Of a DNA stretch of 64,000 bases, positions 24,001 to 39,000 are shown piece after piece. The notes under the pieces are model-generated. The model had not been told where the DNA came from and did not search any database. It saw only the letters and a program-made list of their open reading frames with translations. The DNA is taken from NCBI RefSeq assembly GCF_963921235.1, contig NC_086101.1, positions 4,528,001 to 4,592,000 on the forward strand. Reading direction: 5' to 3'. How positions within the stretch are numbered: the stretch's first letter is position 1; each line of letters starts with the position of its first letter. This stretch comes from Mobula hypostoma. Lineage: Eukaryota. The position numbers were made by a program, and so were the translations under genes.

Positions 24001-27000
24001 ATGCATTATGATCAGAGATTAAGGGAGTTAGGGCTGTACTCTTTGGAGAGGAGGAGGATGAGAGGAGACATGATAGAGGTGTACAAGATAATAAGAGGAA
24101 TAGATAGAGTGGATAGCCAGCGCCTCTGCCCCAGGGCACCACTGCTCAATACATGAGGACATGGCTTTAAGGTAAGGGGTGGGAAGTTCAAGGGGGATAT
24201 TAGAGGAAGGTTTTTTACTCAGAGTGGTTGGTGCGTGGAATGCACTGCCTGAGTCAGTGGTGGAGGCAGATACACTAGTGAAGTTTAAGAGACTACTAGA
24301 CAGGTATATGGAGGAATTTAAGGTGGGGGCTTATATGGGAGGCAGGGTTTGAGGGTCGGCACAACATTGTGGGCCGAAGGGCCTGTACTGTGCTGTACTA
24401 TTCTATGTTCTATGTTCTATCAGGACTGGTTGAGTGTTCTAGGGCCTTCGTCTTCAGAGAGATAAGGTGACTTGACAGAGATCTAGGAGATGATAAGACA
24501 TAGACTGAGTGGACAGCCAGAGTGTGTTTCCCAGGGTGAAAACGGCTCATATGGGGAGGTATGATCTTAAGGTGATTGGAGGAATGCATAGGGAGATGTC
24601 AGGGGTAGTTTTTTTAACACAGAAAATGATGGTGGTAGAGGCAGATACATTGGTAACATTTAAGAATCTCTTAGATAGGCACACGGATGAAGGGAAAATG
24701 GAGGGTTGTGTAAGAGGGAAGAATTAGATACATCTTCGAGTAATTTAAAGTGTCTGTGTCTGAGTGTGTGAGTGCACGTGAGTGTATATTCACAAGGAGA
24801 CACAAGGCATGAGACTTTGAAGTTGCATTGCTTCCTTTCAGATATCACACCGGGTCGCTGGCTTTCGGAGCCCTCATCCTAACCATCATACAGCTCATCC
24901 GCATCATCCTCGAGTATCTGGACCACAAGCTGAAAAGTAAGAACCCACTGCACTGACTACTGAGGAGGGGAACGGGTGGGCCTGTGGGGTGGCAGATGAG
25001 CGGCTGGGGTCAATAGAGAGAGTTCAGAGATCGGTTAAACACAAGGGATTCGGCAGACGTCAGAAGCCTAGAGCAACACACTCAAAATACTGGAGGGACA
25101 CAGCTGGTCGGGCAGCATCTAAGGAGAGGAGTAAACTGTCGACACTTCAGGCCGAAACCATTCTTCAGGATGGGGAAGGTTGAAGGGAGAGTCGGATTCA
25201 GATTTGGACGGGGGTGTGGGAAAGGAACAGAGAGTGGGACCGATCGGTCTCTTCCACAGAGCTAGCACAGACACAATGGGTTGAATGGCCTTCTGCAGTG
25301 CAGAGCACAATTCCATTGAGAAACGCCTAAGCTACATCCTTCAAGCAAGAATCTACCTCCACAGGGGTCTTGCTGTCCCTGTCCCTCGTGTCCTCTCACG
25401 TTCACACAGACATACACACACACGCACACACGCACACCCAGAGCGGTGAGATGCCCCTCCTGAGTCAATGCTTCACCTCTCCCCCTGCAGGCGCACAGAA
25501 CCCAGTCACCCGATTCGTGATGTGCTGTCTCAAATGTTGCTTCTGGTGCCTTGAAAAGTTCATCAAGTTTCTGAACCGCAACGCCTACATCATGGTGAGG
25601 GGAGTGGGGGGGATCAGGGGAGGGGGAGGTGAGGGCGGAGGGAGTAGATTGGCAAAGGGATTTGGCAGTCCTTGTGCAGGATTGCCTACAGGTTCATCTG
25701 CAGGCAGAGACTGTGGTGAGGAAGGCAAACGCAGTGTTGAGAGGGCTAGACTATAAACACAAAGAGGTGATGCTGAGGCTTTATAAGGCATTTGGTCAGA
25801 CTGCACTGCGAGCATTGTGAGCAGCCTTAGGTGGAGTCCTTCTCAGAAAAGATGTGCTGGTATTGAGAGGGTCCAGAGGAGGTTCGTAAGATTAATCCCA
25901 GGAACGAAATGAAAGGGTTAATGCGTGAGGGGTGTTTGGTGGCTCTGGGTCTAACTCGCTGGAGCTTAGAAGAATGCTGGGGGTGGGGGGTGGGTGAATC
26001 TCATTGAAAGGCCGAGGTAGAGTGGAGTGGAGAGGATGTTTCTACAGTGGGGGAGTCTAGGGTCAGAGGGCACAGGCTCAGAACAGAGAGACATCCCTTT
26101 AGAACAGAGATGAGGAGGAATTTCTTTAGCCAGAGGGTGGTAAATCTGTGGAATTCATTGCCACAGGTGGCTGTGGAGGCCAAGTCATTGGGTGTATTTA
26201 AAATGGATGGCGGTAGGTTCTTGGTTAGCCTGAGCATGTAAGATTACAGGGGAGGAGAATGGGGCTGAGGGGTAACATCAGTCTGCCATGATGGAATGGT
26301 GGAGCAGACTTGATGGTCCAGTTCTGCTGGTCAAGCTGGGGGGAGGTGGATGGGTAAACAAGAAATATTCCCAACGTAGGGGTGAATGGAAGTGCTCTGG
26401 GCTACTGTGGAATGGAAATGTGCGGGGAGTGGAAACAGACACGGACAGATGGGTGGGTGGGCTCCGTCTGTTACTTTAACCCCTCCCTCCCCCTCTCTCT
26501 GTAGATCGCAGTGTATGGCAAGAACTTCTGCGTTTCAGCCAAGAACGCCTTCAAGCTGCTGATGAGGAACATCGTCAGGTGAGACCCCTCCTCCCCACCC
26601 TCAAGCTGAGGACCCAGCCCTCGCTCCCCCCACCCCTGCCACCTCACTTCCCTGTCCGGTGAGGGGCTGGGTCCGATTCTGGGGCTGTCGTCGGACCCCC
26701 GAGTCTCGTATGGGTTTAACCCTCCGTCGGGAGTGACGTGTCTCCGTCAAACGGGTTTTGTAATCATCAGCCGAAGTGAAGTCACTGCCTGGCGACTATG
26801 GGAAGGGACGGAAGGGGTACGGGGGGTGGGGGGAGCGAGAAGGGAACGGAGTGAGGGAGCGTGAAGAGTGTGCAAAGGATGCAGAGGGAGTGGAAGGGGA
26901 GAAAGACAGAGAGTGGGAGGGGAGGGGAGGGGAGAGAGAGGGGGAGGGAGGGGGTGGGGAGGGGGAGGAGAGGGGGAAGGGGGTGACAGGAGGGGTGGGA

Positions 27001-30000
27001 AGGGGAGGGGGTAGGGGTGGAGAGGGATAGAGGGGAGAGGGTGAGAGGGGGAAGGGAGGGACTTTGAGAGAGGGAGAAAGAGGAGAAGGGAGGGAAGGAG
27101 AGGGGACAGGGAGTGTGGGGGAGAAGAGAGGGGTGGGAAGGGGAGGGGTGAGAGAGGGGGAGGGTGAGAGAGGAGAGGGTGAGGGGGGAAGGGGAGAGAG
27201 GGGGAGGGGGGAGGGGGAAGGGAGGGAAGGAGAGGGGACAGGGAGTGTGGGGGAGAGAGGGGGTTGGAGAGAGAGAAGGAAGGGGGAAGGAGAGAAAGAG
27301 AGGGTGAGGGAGGGAAAGAGAGGATGAGGGGAGGAGGAGGGCAAGAGAGGGGCAGGGGGAAAGGGAATGGGTGGAGACAGACCAGGTTATGGAAAGAGGG
27401 TGGGGTGGAGGGAACAAGAGGGGTGCTTGCTCTGACATGGACCCAGCTGTCCAGATGTGGTCAGCGGAGACCGGCTCCATCTGGAGTTCCCCAAGGTATC
27501 TGGAATACTGTGAGGCCGGGCCTCCCCCTCCCTCCCTGCTGTGGAGGGAAGGCCTGCACTGGACTGTGGAGGTGGGATCCGCTGTTCCTGGTGGAAGGAG
27601 AGTGACCTGCTCCGTGTTTTCTGACCCTCCCAGGGTGGTGGTCCTTGATAAGATGACCGACCTGCTGCTGTTCTTTGGGAAGCTGTTGGTTGTCGGTGGA
27701 GTGGGTGAGTTACTGAGTCTGGCGCAGTCTCGGACCCTTGGTTTGTGTCCGGTTCAGTCTGGGACTCTCAATCCGAGTCCTTCTGTCCGATTCCAGCATG
27801 GTTTGGGTCCCTCAGACCCTGGCCTATGACCACCTGAAGAAATACATCTACTTTGAACCTCGAAACCATTCTAATCCATGTAGCGGTCTAAATGTTTTAC
27901 AAATGTAATCGTATCCGTCTCTCCCACTCCCCCCAATAGCTCATTCTGTGTTCTCACCTCCTTCCGACTGGGAAAACTTGCCCGTCAGATCAGTTACACA
28001 TCTCTCCCTCCTCGTCTGTAGCCTACGCCCTCTTGTTTTAGACTCCCCTCCTCTGGGCAAAAGACCCTTATTGGTGCCCCTCCTGGCTCCCTCACCTCTC
28101 TTGTCTGGCACCAGGCCTCCAGGAGGACCACAGCCCTGTCGTAGGGTGTAGAGCTATGCTGGCTGGAGTCATGGCCTTGGTGGGGTCACCCATACCAACC
28201 AGGTCAAAGGGTAGAGGCCAGACTAAGAGTGGCCCACTGATCCTCCGGGTTTGGGGGTTCATCTCAGGGCTAACAACCCTGACTGGGAAGATGAAACCGT
28301 TACAGGAACGGGAATGGATAATGCTTCTACATCTGAGTGCGACAGTATTCCTGAGTCTCCGCCTGGCACCTGCATGGCTGACAGTAGTGAGAAGCAAGAG
28401 GAAGCTCCTGGTATGATGGGGCGAGCCCTGAGCACGGTGACAGCAGGAGATGGAGGACCTCCATCGCTGCCTTAAACACCAGCAGCATAGCGGGCAGGAA
28501 CTCAGCCAGTCTGACCCCATGGGCTTGGTTTGCAGACCTCGCGTAGTCTGGGTTGAGCCAGACTGGGTAAGGAAGGCAGTTTACACCTCCCCGAGGGGCA
28601 TTAGTGAAAGCGTTAGCTCTCATCGATCCTGGGGTCACCCTTGCCATGGTCGTTACTACCGGTCAGAGTGCGGCTGAGTGATTGAGGTGGTGTATGACCC
28701 TCTCCCTCTTTCCAGGCGTCCTGGCATTCTTCTTCTTCACTAATCGGATTAAGATCTCAAATCCGACGTTCCAGGTCCCTGTACTCAACTACTATTGGCT
28801 TCCGATTCTGGTAGGCACACACGTTTGTACGTTCGTATCTTCTTCCACAGAATTACAGTTATGTCATATATTGTACGGCTGCTACACAACACCAGACACC
28901 AGGGCAGCCACACCAGACGCTGCAGGGACTCAGCATCGGCGGAAATGAATAAACAGTCGACTTTTCGGGCCAAGACCCTTCATCGGGGGCAGGGGAAGGA
29001 GGAAGATGGGGAGAGGGGAAGGGGGGAAGATGGGGAGAGGAGAAGGGGGGAAGATGGGGAGAGGAGAAGGGGGGAAGATGGGGAGAGGAAGGGGAAAGAT
29101 GGGGAGGAGAAGGGGGGAAGATGGGGGAAGGTGGAAGATGGGGTGGGGAAAGGGGGAAGCTGGGGGAGGGGAATTGGAAAGATGGGGAAGGGGGAAGATG
29201 AAGAGGGGAAGGGGAAGATGAAGAGGGGAAGGAGGAAGATGGGGAAGGGGAAGATGAGGGAGGGAAAGGGGAAAGATGGGGGAGGGGAAGGAGTGCAAAC
29301 TAAAAGGTGAGAGGTGAAACCAGGTGGGTTGGGGTGGGGGCACATGAAGCAAGAAGCTGGGAGGTGATAGACGGCAAAGGAGCGGAGGTGCTCGGAGGTG
29401 TCCCAGTTTCTCTCTGACCTGAGACTGTGTCAATTTCCTTTAGCCTACAGATGGAGAGCCTTAGTAAACACACAAAGCCATTCAGAAACATACATAGTAA
29501 GAGTTCAGACACAGAATCAAATTCAGGTTGATTATCACGGACATATGTGATGAAGTGAGGCACCACCTCCCTGGCAAATCCGTTCAGGTTGTCTGCCGTA
29601 TCCAGTGCTGCCAACTTGGCCTCCTTCACCCTGGTGAGACCCGACAGAGATCGGGACACCGCTCTGTCGAGCACCTCTGCTCCATCGGCAAAAAGAATTT
29701 CCTGGTGGCTAACCATTTTACTCCCAACTCCATTCCCGTTCTGACATGTCAGTCCGTGGCCTCCTCTACTGCTGCGATGAGCCCTCTCTCGGGGGAGGAG
29801 CAACATCTTATACTCTGCCTGGGTGGCCTCCAACCTGACGACATGAACATTGATCTGTCTAACTCCCGGTAGTTTATCGCCTCCCTCTTCTCTCATTTTT
29901 TGATTCTCCATTCTGGTTTCCCTCTTACCCCTTCTGTTCTCTTCACCTACCCCTCACCTCCCTCTGCTGCCCCTCCTCCTTCACTTTCTCCCCTGGTCCA

Positions 30001-33000
30001 CTCTTCTCTCCTCCTTCTTCAACCCTTTACCTCTTCCACCTCTCAGCTCCCCTCCCCCACCCACCTCCCTCTACATCTGACCTCGGTCCACAGGAGGTTC
30101 ACAAGAATGACCCCAGATAATGAGGAGCATTTGATGGCTCTGGGCCTGTACTCACCGGAGTGAGGAAGAAGTGGGGAGGGGTGGTGATCTCATTGAAACC
30201 TGTCGAATGGTGAAAGGCCTCCATAGAGTGGAGGTGGAGAGGATGTTTCCTGTGGTGGGAGAGCCGAGGACCAGGTGGCATTGCCTCAGAACCGAAGAAT
30301 GTCCCTTTAAAACAGAGATGAGAAGGAGTTTCTTTAGCCAAAGGAATGGTGAATCTATGGAATTCATTGCCGTAGACGGCTGTGAGGGCCAATTCGTTGG
30401 GTATATTTAAAGCAGAGGTTGATACATTCTTGATTGGTCAGGGTGTCAAAGGTTATGGGGAGAAGGCGGGAGAGTGGGGTTGAGATGGTTAATAAATCAT
30501 TGGATGGTGGATCAGACTCAATGGGCTGAATGGCTTAATTCTGTTCTTATAGCCTTGTGGTCTTATCCTGTCATTGGCATATAGGGGCCGCACGGTTAAC
30601 TAACGCTCGTGTTGTTCCGCAGACTCTCGTGGTTGGCTCGTACATGATCGCGCAGGGATTTTTCAGTGTATACAACATGTGTGTGGACACCCTCTTCCTC
30701 TGCTTCTGTAAGTACTTCCTGACCCTTCCATCCCTCCCTCCCCCCCGCCCTTCCGAGGGCACAGCACTCCCTCCCCTCTGCCGAGGCCCCCAGCCCCACG
30801 AGAATACCAGTCATGGAGTCATTGAAACATACAGCACGAGAACAGGCCCTTCTGCCCATCAAGTCCAGGGTACTCTGGATCCAATGCAGCACAAAAAAGT
30901 ACAAATATTGTTAATAATATTTACTGAAATCCAGCACTGAACAGGCCCTAGCAGCCCTTCCTGCCATGGTGCCCTGTAACCCACGTATTGAACCCGAGCC
31001 TAGTCACAGGACAGTTGACAATGACCAGTTAACCCCACTGACCAGCACATCTCTGGACTGGGGAGTGCAGCTGGAACACACACGCACCCTCCATAGGGAG
31101 GACAGACAGACTCCTGACAGACGATATCGGAATCGAACTCTGAACTCCGACGCCCCCAGCAGTAATAGTGTCGCGCTAACCACGAGGCTGCCGTGGTGTC
31201 CGTGTTATAATTCACGTTATTGATAGTATCTCTGCATATTAATGACTTCCTTGTATCTGTAGGGGTTAGCAAGGCAGGGCGTAGACTGTAAACATTTCAA
31301 GAGATTGAAAATAAAGATTGGCTTTATATCGACCCACACATTCCGAGGGCGGATTGGGTGGAGCCGGCAAGGGTCACCACATTTCCGGCACAGACATAGC
31401 ATGTCCACAACTTACTGACCCTAACCCGTATGTCGTTTGGGGCATGGGAGCTCACGGAGGAAACCTATGCAGTGAGGCGGAGGATGTACAGACTCCCTGT
31501 AGACAGTGGTGGGCATTGAACCCCAATCAGTGATGCTGTAAATGCCTCGAACTTCTGCTATCCATGTACCTCCCCAATAACGTTGTACCCGTACCCTCGA
31601 CTATCCATGTACCTCCCCAATAACGTTGTTCATGTCCCTCGACTATCCATGTACCTCCCCAATAACATTGTTCATGTCCCTCGACTATCCATGTACCTCC
31701 CCAATAACGTTGTACCTGTACCCTCGACTATCCATGTACCTCCCCAATAACGTTGTACCTGTACCCTCGACTATCCATGTACCTCCCCAATAACGTTGTA
31801 CCCGTACCCTCGACTATCCATGTACCTCCCCAATAACGTTGTTCATGTCCCTCGACTATCCATGTACCTCCCCAATAACGTTGTACCCGTACCCTCGACT
31901 ATCCATGTACCTCCCCAATAACATTGTACCTGTACCCTCGACTATCCATGTACCTCCCCAATAACGTTGTACCTGTACCCTCGACTATCCATGTACCTCC
32001 CCAATAACATTGTTCATGTCCCTCGACTATCCATGTACCTCCCCAATAACGTTGTACCCGTACCCTCGACTATCCATGTACCTCCCCAATAACGTTGTAT
32101 ATGTCCCTCGACTATCCATGTACATCCCCAATAACGTTGTTCATGTCCCTCGACTATCCATGTACCTCCCCAATAACGTTGTTCATGTCCCTCGACTATC
32201 CATGTACCTCCCCAATAACGTTGCACCCGTACCCTCGACTATCTATGTACCTCCCCAATAACGTTGTACCTGTACCCTCGACTATCCATGTACCTCCCCA
32301 ATAACGTTGTACCTGTACCCTCGACTATCCATGTACCTCCCCAATAACGTTGTACCTGTACCCTCGACTATCCATGTACCTCCCCAATAACGTTGTACCT
32401 GTACCCTCGACTATCCATGTACCTCCCCAATAACGTTGTACCCGTACCCTCGACTATCCATGTACCTCCCCAATAACGTTGTACCCGTACCCTCGACTAT
32501 CCATGTACCTCCCCAATAACGTTGTACCCGTACCCTCGACTATCCATGTACCTCCCCAATAACGTTGTACCTGTACCCTCGACTATCCATGTACCTCCCC
32601 AATAACGTTGTACCTGTACCCTCGACTATCCATGTACCTCCCCAATAACATTGTACCCGTACCCTCGACTATCCATGTACCTCCCCAATAACGTTGTACC
32701 TGTACCCTCGACTATCCATGTACCTCCCCAATAACGTTGTACCCGTACCCTCGACTATCCATGTACCTCCCCAATAACGTTGTTCATGTCCCTCGACTAT
32801 CCATGTACCTCCCCAATAACGTTGTACCTGTACCCTCGACTATCCATGTACCTCCCCAATAACGTTGTTCATGTACCCTCGACTATCCATGTACCTCCCC
32901 AATAACGTTGTACCTGTACCCTCGACTATCCATGTACCTCCCCAATAACGTTGTACCCGTACCCTCGACTATCCATGTACCTCCCCAATAACGTTGTACC

Positions 33001-36000
33001 TGTACCCTCGACTATCCATGTACCTCCCCAATAACGTTGTACCTGTACCCTCGACTATCCATGTACCTCCCCAATAACGTTGTACCTGTACCCTCGACTA
33101 TCCATGTACCTCCCCAATAACGTTGTACCTGTACCCTCGACTATCCATGTACCTCCCCAATAACGTTGTACCTGTACCCTCGACTATCCATGTACCTCCC
33201 CAATAACGTTGTACCTGTACCCTCGACTATCCATGTACCTCCCCAATAACGTTGTACCTGTACCCTCGACTATCCATGTACCTCCCCAATAACGTTGTAC
33301 CTGTACCCTCGACTATCCATGTACCTCCCCAATAACGTTGTACCTGTACCCTCGACTATCCATGTACCTCCCCAATAACGTTGTACCTGTACCCTCGACT
33401 ATCCATGTACCTCCCCAATAACGTTGTACCTGTACCCTCGACTATCCATGTACCTCCCCAATAACGTTGTACCTGTACCCTCGACTATCCATGTACCTCC
33501 CCAATAACGTTGTACCTGTACCCTCGACTATCCATGTACCTCCCCAATAACGTTGTACCTGTACCCTCGACTATCCATGTACCTCCCCAATAACGTTGTA
33601 CCTGTACCCTCGACTATCCATGTACCTCCCCAATAACGTTGTACCCGTACCCTCGACTATCCATGTACCTCCCCAATAACGTTGTACCTGTATCCTCGAA
33701 TGTCCATGTACCTCCCCAATAACGTTGTACCCGTACCCTCGACTATCCATGTACCTCCACAATAACATTGTACCTGTACCCTCGACTATCCATGTACCTC
33801 CACAATAACGTTGTACCTGTACCCTCGACTATCCATGTACCTCCCCAATAACGTTGTACCCGTACCCTCGACTATCCATGTACCTCCCCAATAACGTTGT
33901 ACCCGTACCCTCGACTATCCATGTACCTCCCCAATAACGTTGTACCCGTACCCTCGACTATCCATGTACCTCCCCAATAACGTTGTACCCGTACCCTCGA
34001 CTATCCATGTACCTCCCCAATAACGTTGTACCTGTACCCTCGACTATCCATGTACCTCCCCAATAACGTTGTANNNNNNNNNNNNNNNNNNNNNNNNNNN
34101 NNNNNNNNNNNNNNNNNNNNNNNNNNNNNNNNNNNNNNNNNNNNNNNNNNNNNNNNNNNNNNNNNNNNNNNNNNNNNNNNNNNNNNNNNNNNNNNNNNNN
34201 NNNNNNNNNNNNNNNNNNNNNNNNNNNNNNNNNNNNNNNNNNNNNNNNNNNNNNNNNNNNNNNNNNNNNNNNNCCTCCCCAATAACGTTGTACCCGTACC
34301 CTCGACTATCCATGTACCTCCCCAATAACGTTGTACCCGTACCCTCGACTATCCATGTACCTCCCCAATAACGTTGTACCCGTACCCTCGACTATCCATG
34401 TACCTCCCCAATAACGTTGTACCTGTACCCTCGACTATCCATGTACCTCCCCAATAACGTTGTACCTGTACCCTCGACTATCCATGTACCTCCCCAATAA
34501 CGTTGTACAAGTACCCTCGACTATCCATGTACCTCCCCAATAACGTTGTTCATGTACCCTCGACTATCCATGTACCTCCCCAATAACGTTGTACCTGTAC
34601 CCTCGACTATCCATGTACCTCCCCAATAACGTTGTACCCGTACCCTCGACTATCCATGTACCTCCCCAATAACGTTGTACCCGTACCCTCGACTATCCAT
34701 GTACCTCCCCAATAACGTTGTACCTGTACCCTCGACTATCCATGTACCTCCCCAATAACGTTGTACCTGTACCCTCGACTATCCATGTACCTCCCCAATA
34801 ACGTTGTACCCGTACCCTCGACTATCCATGTACCTCCCCAATAACGTTGTACCCGTACCCTCGACTATCCATGTACCTCCCCAATAACGTTGTACCTGTA
34901 TCCTCGACTATCCATGTACCTCCCCAATAACGTTGTACCTGTACCCTCGACTATCCATGTACCTCCCCAATAACGTTGTACCTGTACCCTCGACTATCCA
35001 TGTACCTCCCCAATAACGTTGTACCTGTACCCTCGACTATCCATGTACCTCCCCAATAACATTGTACCTGTACCCTCGACTATCCATGTACCTCCCCAAT
35101 AACGTTTTACCTGTATCCTCGACTATCCATGTACCTCCCCAATAACGTTGTACCTGTACCCTCGACTATCCATGTACCTCCCCAATAACATTGTACCCGT
35201 ACCCTCGACTATCCATGTACCTCCCCAATAACATTGTACCTGTACCCTGGACTATCCATGTACCTCCACAATAACGTTGTACCCGTACCCTCGACTATCC
35301 ATGTACCTCCCCAATAACATTGTTCATGTACCCTGGACTATCCATGTACCTCCCCAATAACGTTGTACCCGTACCCTCGACTATCCATGTACCTCCCCAA
35401 TAACATTGTTCATGTACCCTCGACTATCCATGTACCTCCCCAATAACGTTGTACCGTACCCTCGAATAATGTACCTCCCCAATAACGTTGTACCTGTACC
35501 CTCGACTATCCATGTACCTCCACAATAACGTTGTACCCGTACCCTCGACTATCCATGTACCTCCACAATAACGTTGTACCCGTACCCTCGACTATCCATG
35601 TACCTCCCCAGTAACGTTGTTCATGTACCCTCGACTATCCATGTACCTCCCCAATAACGTTGTACCTGTACCCTCGACTATCCATGTACCTCCCCAATAA
35701 CATTGTTCATGTACCCTCGACTATCCATGTACCTCCCCAATAACGTTGTACCTGTACCCTCGACTATCCATGTACCTCCCCAATAATGTTGTACCTGTAC
35801 CCTCGACTATCCATGTACCTCCCCAATAACATTGTACCTGTACCCTCGACTATCCATGTACCTCCCCAATAACGTTGTACCTGTACCCTCGACTATCCAT
35901 GTACCTCCCCAATAACGTTGTACCCGTACCCTCGACTATCCATGTACCTCCCCAATAACGTTGTACCTGTACCCTCGACTATCCATGTACCTCCCCAATA

Positions 36001-39000
36001 ACATTGTTCATGTACCCTCGACTATCCATGTACCTCCCCAATAACGTTGTACCTGTACCCTCGACTATCCATGTACCTCCCCAATAACATTGTTCATGTA
36101 CCCTCGACTATCCATGTACCTCCCCAATAACGTTGTTCATGTACCCTCGACTATCCATGTACCTCCCCAATAACGTTGTACCTGTACCCTCGACTATCCA
36201 TGTACCTCCCCAATAACGTTGTACCTGTACCCTCGACTATCCATGTACCTCCCCAATAACGTTGTTCATGTACCCTCGACTATCCATGTACCTCCCCAAT
36301 AACGTTGTACCTGTACCCTCGACTATCCATGTACCTCCCCAATAACGTTGTACCCGTACCCTTGACTATCCATGTACCTCCCCAATAACGTTGTACCCGT
36401 ACCCTCGACTATCCATGTACCTCCCCAATAACGTTGTACCTGTACCCTCGACTATCCATGTACCTCCCCAATAACGTTGTACCCGTACCCTCGACTATCC
36501 ATGTACCTCCCCAATAACGTTGTACCCGTACCCTCGACTATCCATGTACCTCCCCAATAACATTGTTCATGTACCCTCGACTATCCATGTACCTCCCCAA
36601 TAACATTGTACCCGTACCCTCGACTATCCATGTACCTCCCCAATAACATTGTACCTGTACCCTCGACTATCCATGTACCTCCCCAATAACATTGTACCCG
36701 TACCCTCGACTATCCATGTACCTCCCCAATAACGTTGTACCTGTACCCTCGACTATCCATGTACCTCCCCAATAACGTTGTACCCGTACCCTCGACTGTC
36801 CATGTACCTCCCCAATAACGTTGTACCTTTACCCTCGACTATCCATGTACCTCCCCAATAACATTGTACCTGTACCCTCGACTATCCATGTACCTCCCCA
36901 ATAACGTTGTACCCGTACCCTCGACTATCCATGTACCTCCCCAATAACATTGTACCTGTACCCTCGACTATCCATGTACCTCCCCAATAACATTGTACCC
37001 GTACCCTCGACTATCCATGTACCTCCCCAATAACGTTGTACCTGTACCCTCGACTATCCATTTACCTCCCCAATAACGTTGTACCAGTACCCTCGACTAT
37101 CCATGTACCTCCCCAATAACATTGTACCTGTACCCTCGACTATCCATGTACCTCCCCAATAACATTGTACCTGTACCCTCGACTATCCATGTACCTCCCC
37201 AATAACGTTGTACCTGTACTCTCGACTATCCATGTACCTCCCCAATAACATTGTTCATGTATCCTCGACTATCCATGTACCTCCCCAATAACGTTGTACC
37301 TGTACCCTCGACTATCCATGTACCTCCCCAATAACGTTGTACCCGTACCCTCGACTATCCATGTACCTCCCCAATAACGTTGTACCTGTACCCTCGACTA
37401 TCCATGTACCTCCCCAATAATGTTGTACCTGTACCCTCGACTGTCCATGTACCTCCCCAATAACATTGTTCCAGTACCCTCGACTATGCATGTACCTCCC
37501 CAATAACGTTGTACCCGTACCCTCGACTATCCATGTACCTCCCCAATAACGTTGTACCTGTACCCTCGACTATCCATGTACCTCCCCAATAACGTTGTAC
37601 CTGTACCCTCGACTATCCATGTACCTCCCCAATAACGTTGTTCATGTCCCTCGACTATCCATGTACCTCCCCAATAACGTTGTACCTGTACCCTCGACTA
37701 TCCATGTACCTCCCCAATAACATTGTACCTGTACCCTCGACTATCCATGTACCTCCCCAATAACGTTGTACCCGTACCCTCGACTATCCATGTACCTCCC
37801 CAATAACGTTGTACCTGTACCCTCGACTATCCATGTACCTCCCCAATAACATTGTACCTGTACCCTCGACTATCCATGTACCTCCCCAATAACGTTGTAC
37901 CCGTACCCTCGACTATCCATGTACCTCCCCAATAACGTTGTACCCGTACCCTCGACTATCCATGTACCTCCCCAATAACATTGTACCTGTACCCTCGACT
38001 ATCCATGTACCTCCCCAATAACGTTGTACCTGTACCCTCGACTATCCATGTACCTCCCCAATAATGTTGTTCATGTCCCTCAACTATCCATGTACCTCCC
38101 CAATAACATTGTACCTGTACCCTCGACTATCCATGTACCTCCCCAATAACGTTGTTCATGTCCCTCAACTATCCATGTACCTCCCCAATAACGTTGTACC
38201 TGTACCCTCGACTATCCATGTACCTCCCCAATAACGTTGTACCTGTACCCTCGACTATCCATGTACCTCCCCAATAACGTTGTACCCGTACCCTCGACTA
38301 TCCATGTACCTCCCCAATAACGTTGTACCTGTACCCTCGACTATCCATGTACCTCCCCAATAACGTTGTACCTGTACCCTCGACTATCCATGTACCTCCC
38401 CAATAACGTTGTTCATGTCCCTCGACTATCCATGTACCTCCCCAATAACGTTGTACCTGTACCCTCGACTATCCATGTACCTCCCCAATAACGTTGTACC
38501 CGTACCCTCGACTATCCATGTACCTCCCGAATAACGTTGTACCCGTACCCTCGACTATCCATGTACCTCCCCAATAACGTTGTACCCGTACCCTCGACTA
38601 TCCATGTACCTCCCCAATAACGTTGTTCATGTACCCTCGACTATCCATGTACCTCCCCAATAACGTTGTACCCGTACCCTCGACTATCCATGTACCTCCC
38701 CAATAACGTTGTTCATATACCTCCCCAATACCGGATAATGTTGTCAATGTACCTGCACCCATCACATCTTGTGCTAGATTGCTCTGTAATCATCCCATGG
38801 TCTGGGTGAAGAATTTGTCCTCAGGTATTGAACCCTTGAATTAATTAAAACCGCTTCACCTTTGTCATCAGTAGATCGTGTCATCGAGCACTCTGGGACA
38901 GAAACAGGTCCTCTGGCCAATTCAGTCCAAGCAAAACTGTTAATCTGCCTCGCGCCATCCACCCACACAGACCATAGCCCTCCATATCTTTACCATCCAT

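Noticed and set aside
31558..38730. CRISPR-like array
   Set aside because: Units are contiguous with no unique spacers, there are no cas genes, and the context is a vertebrate intron; it is a satellite.
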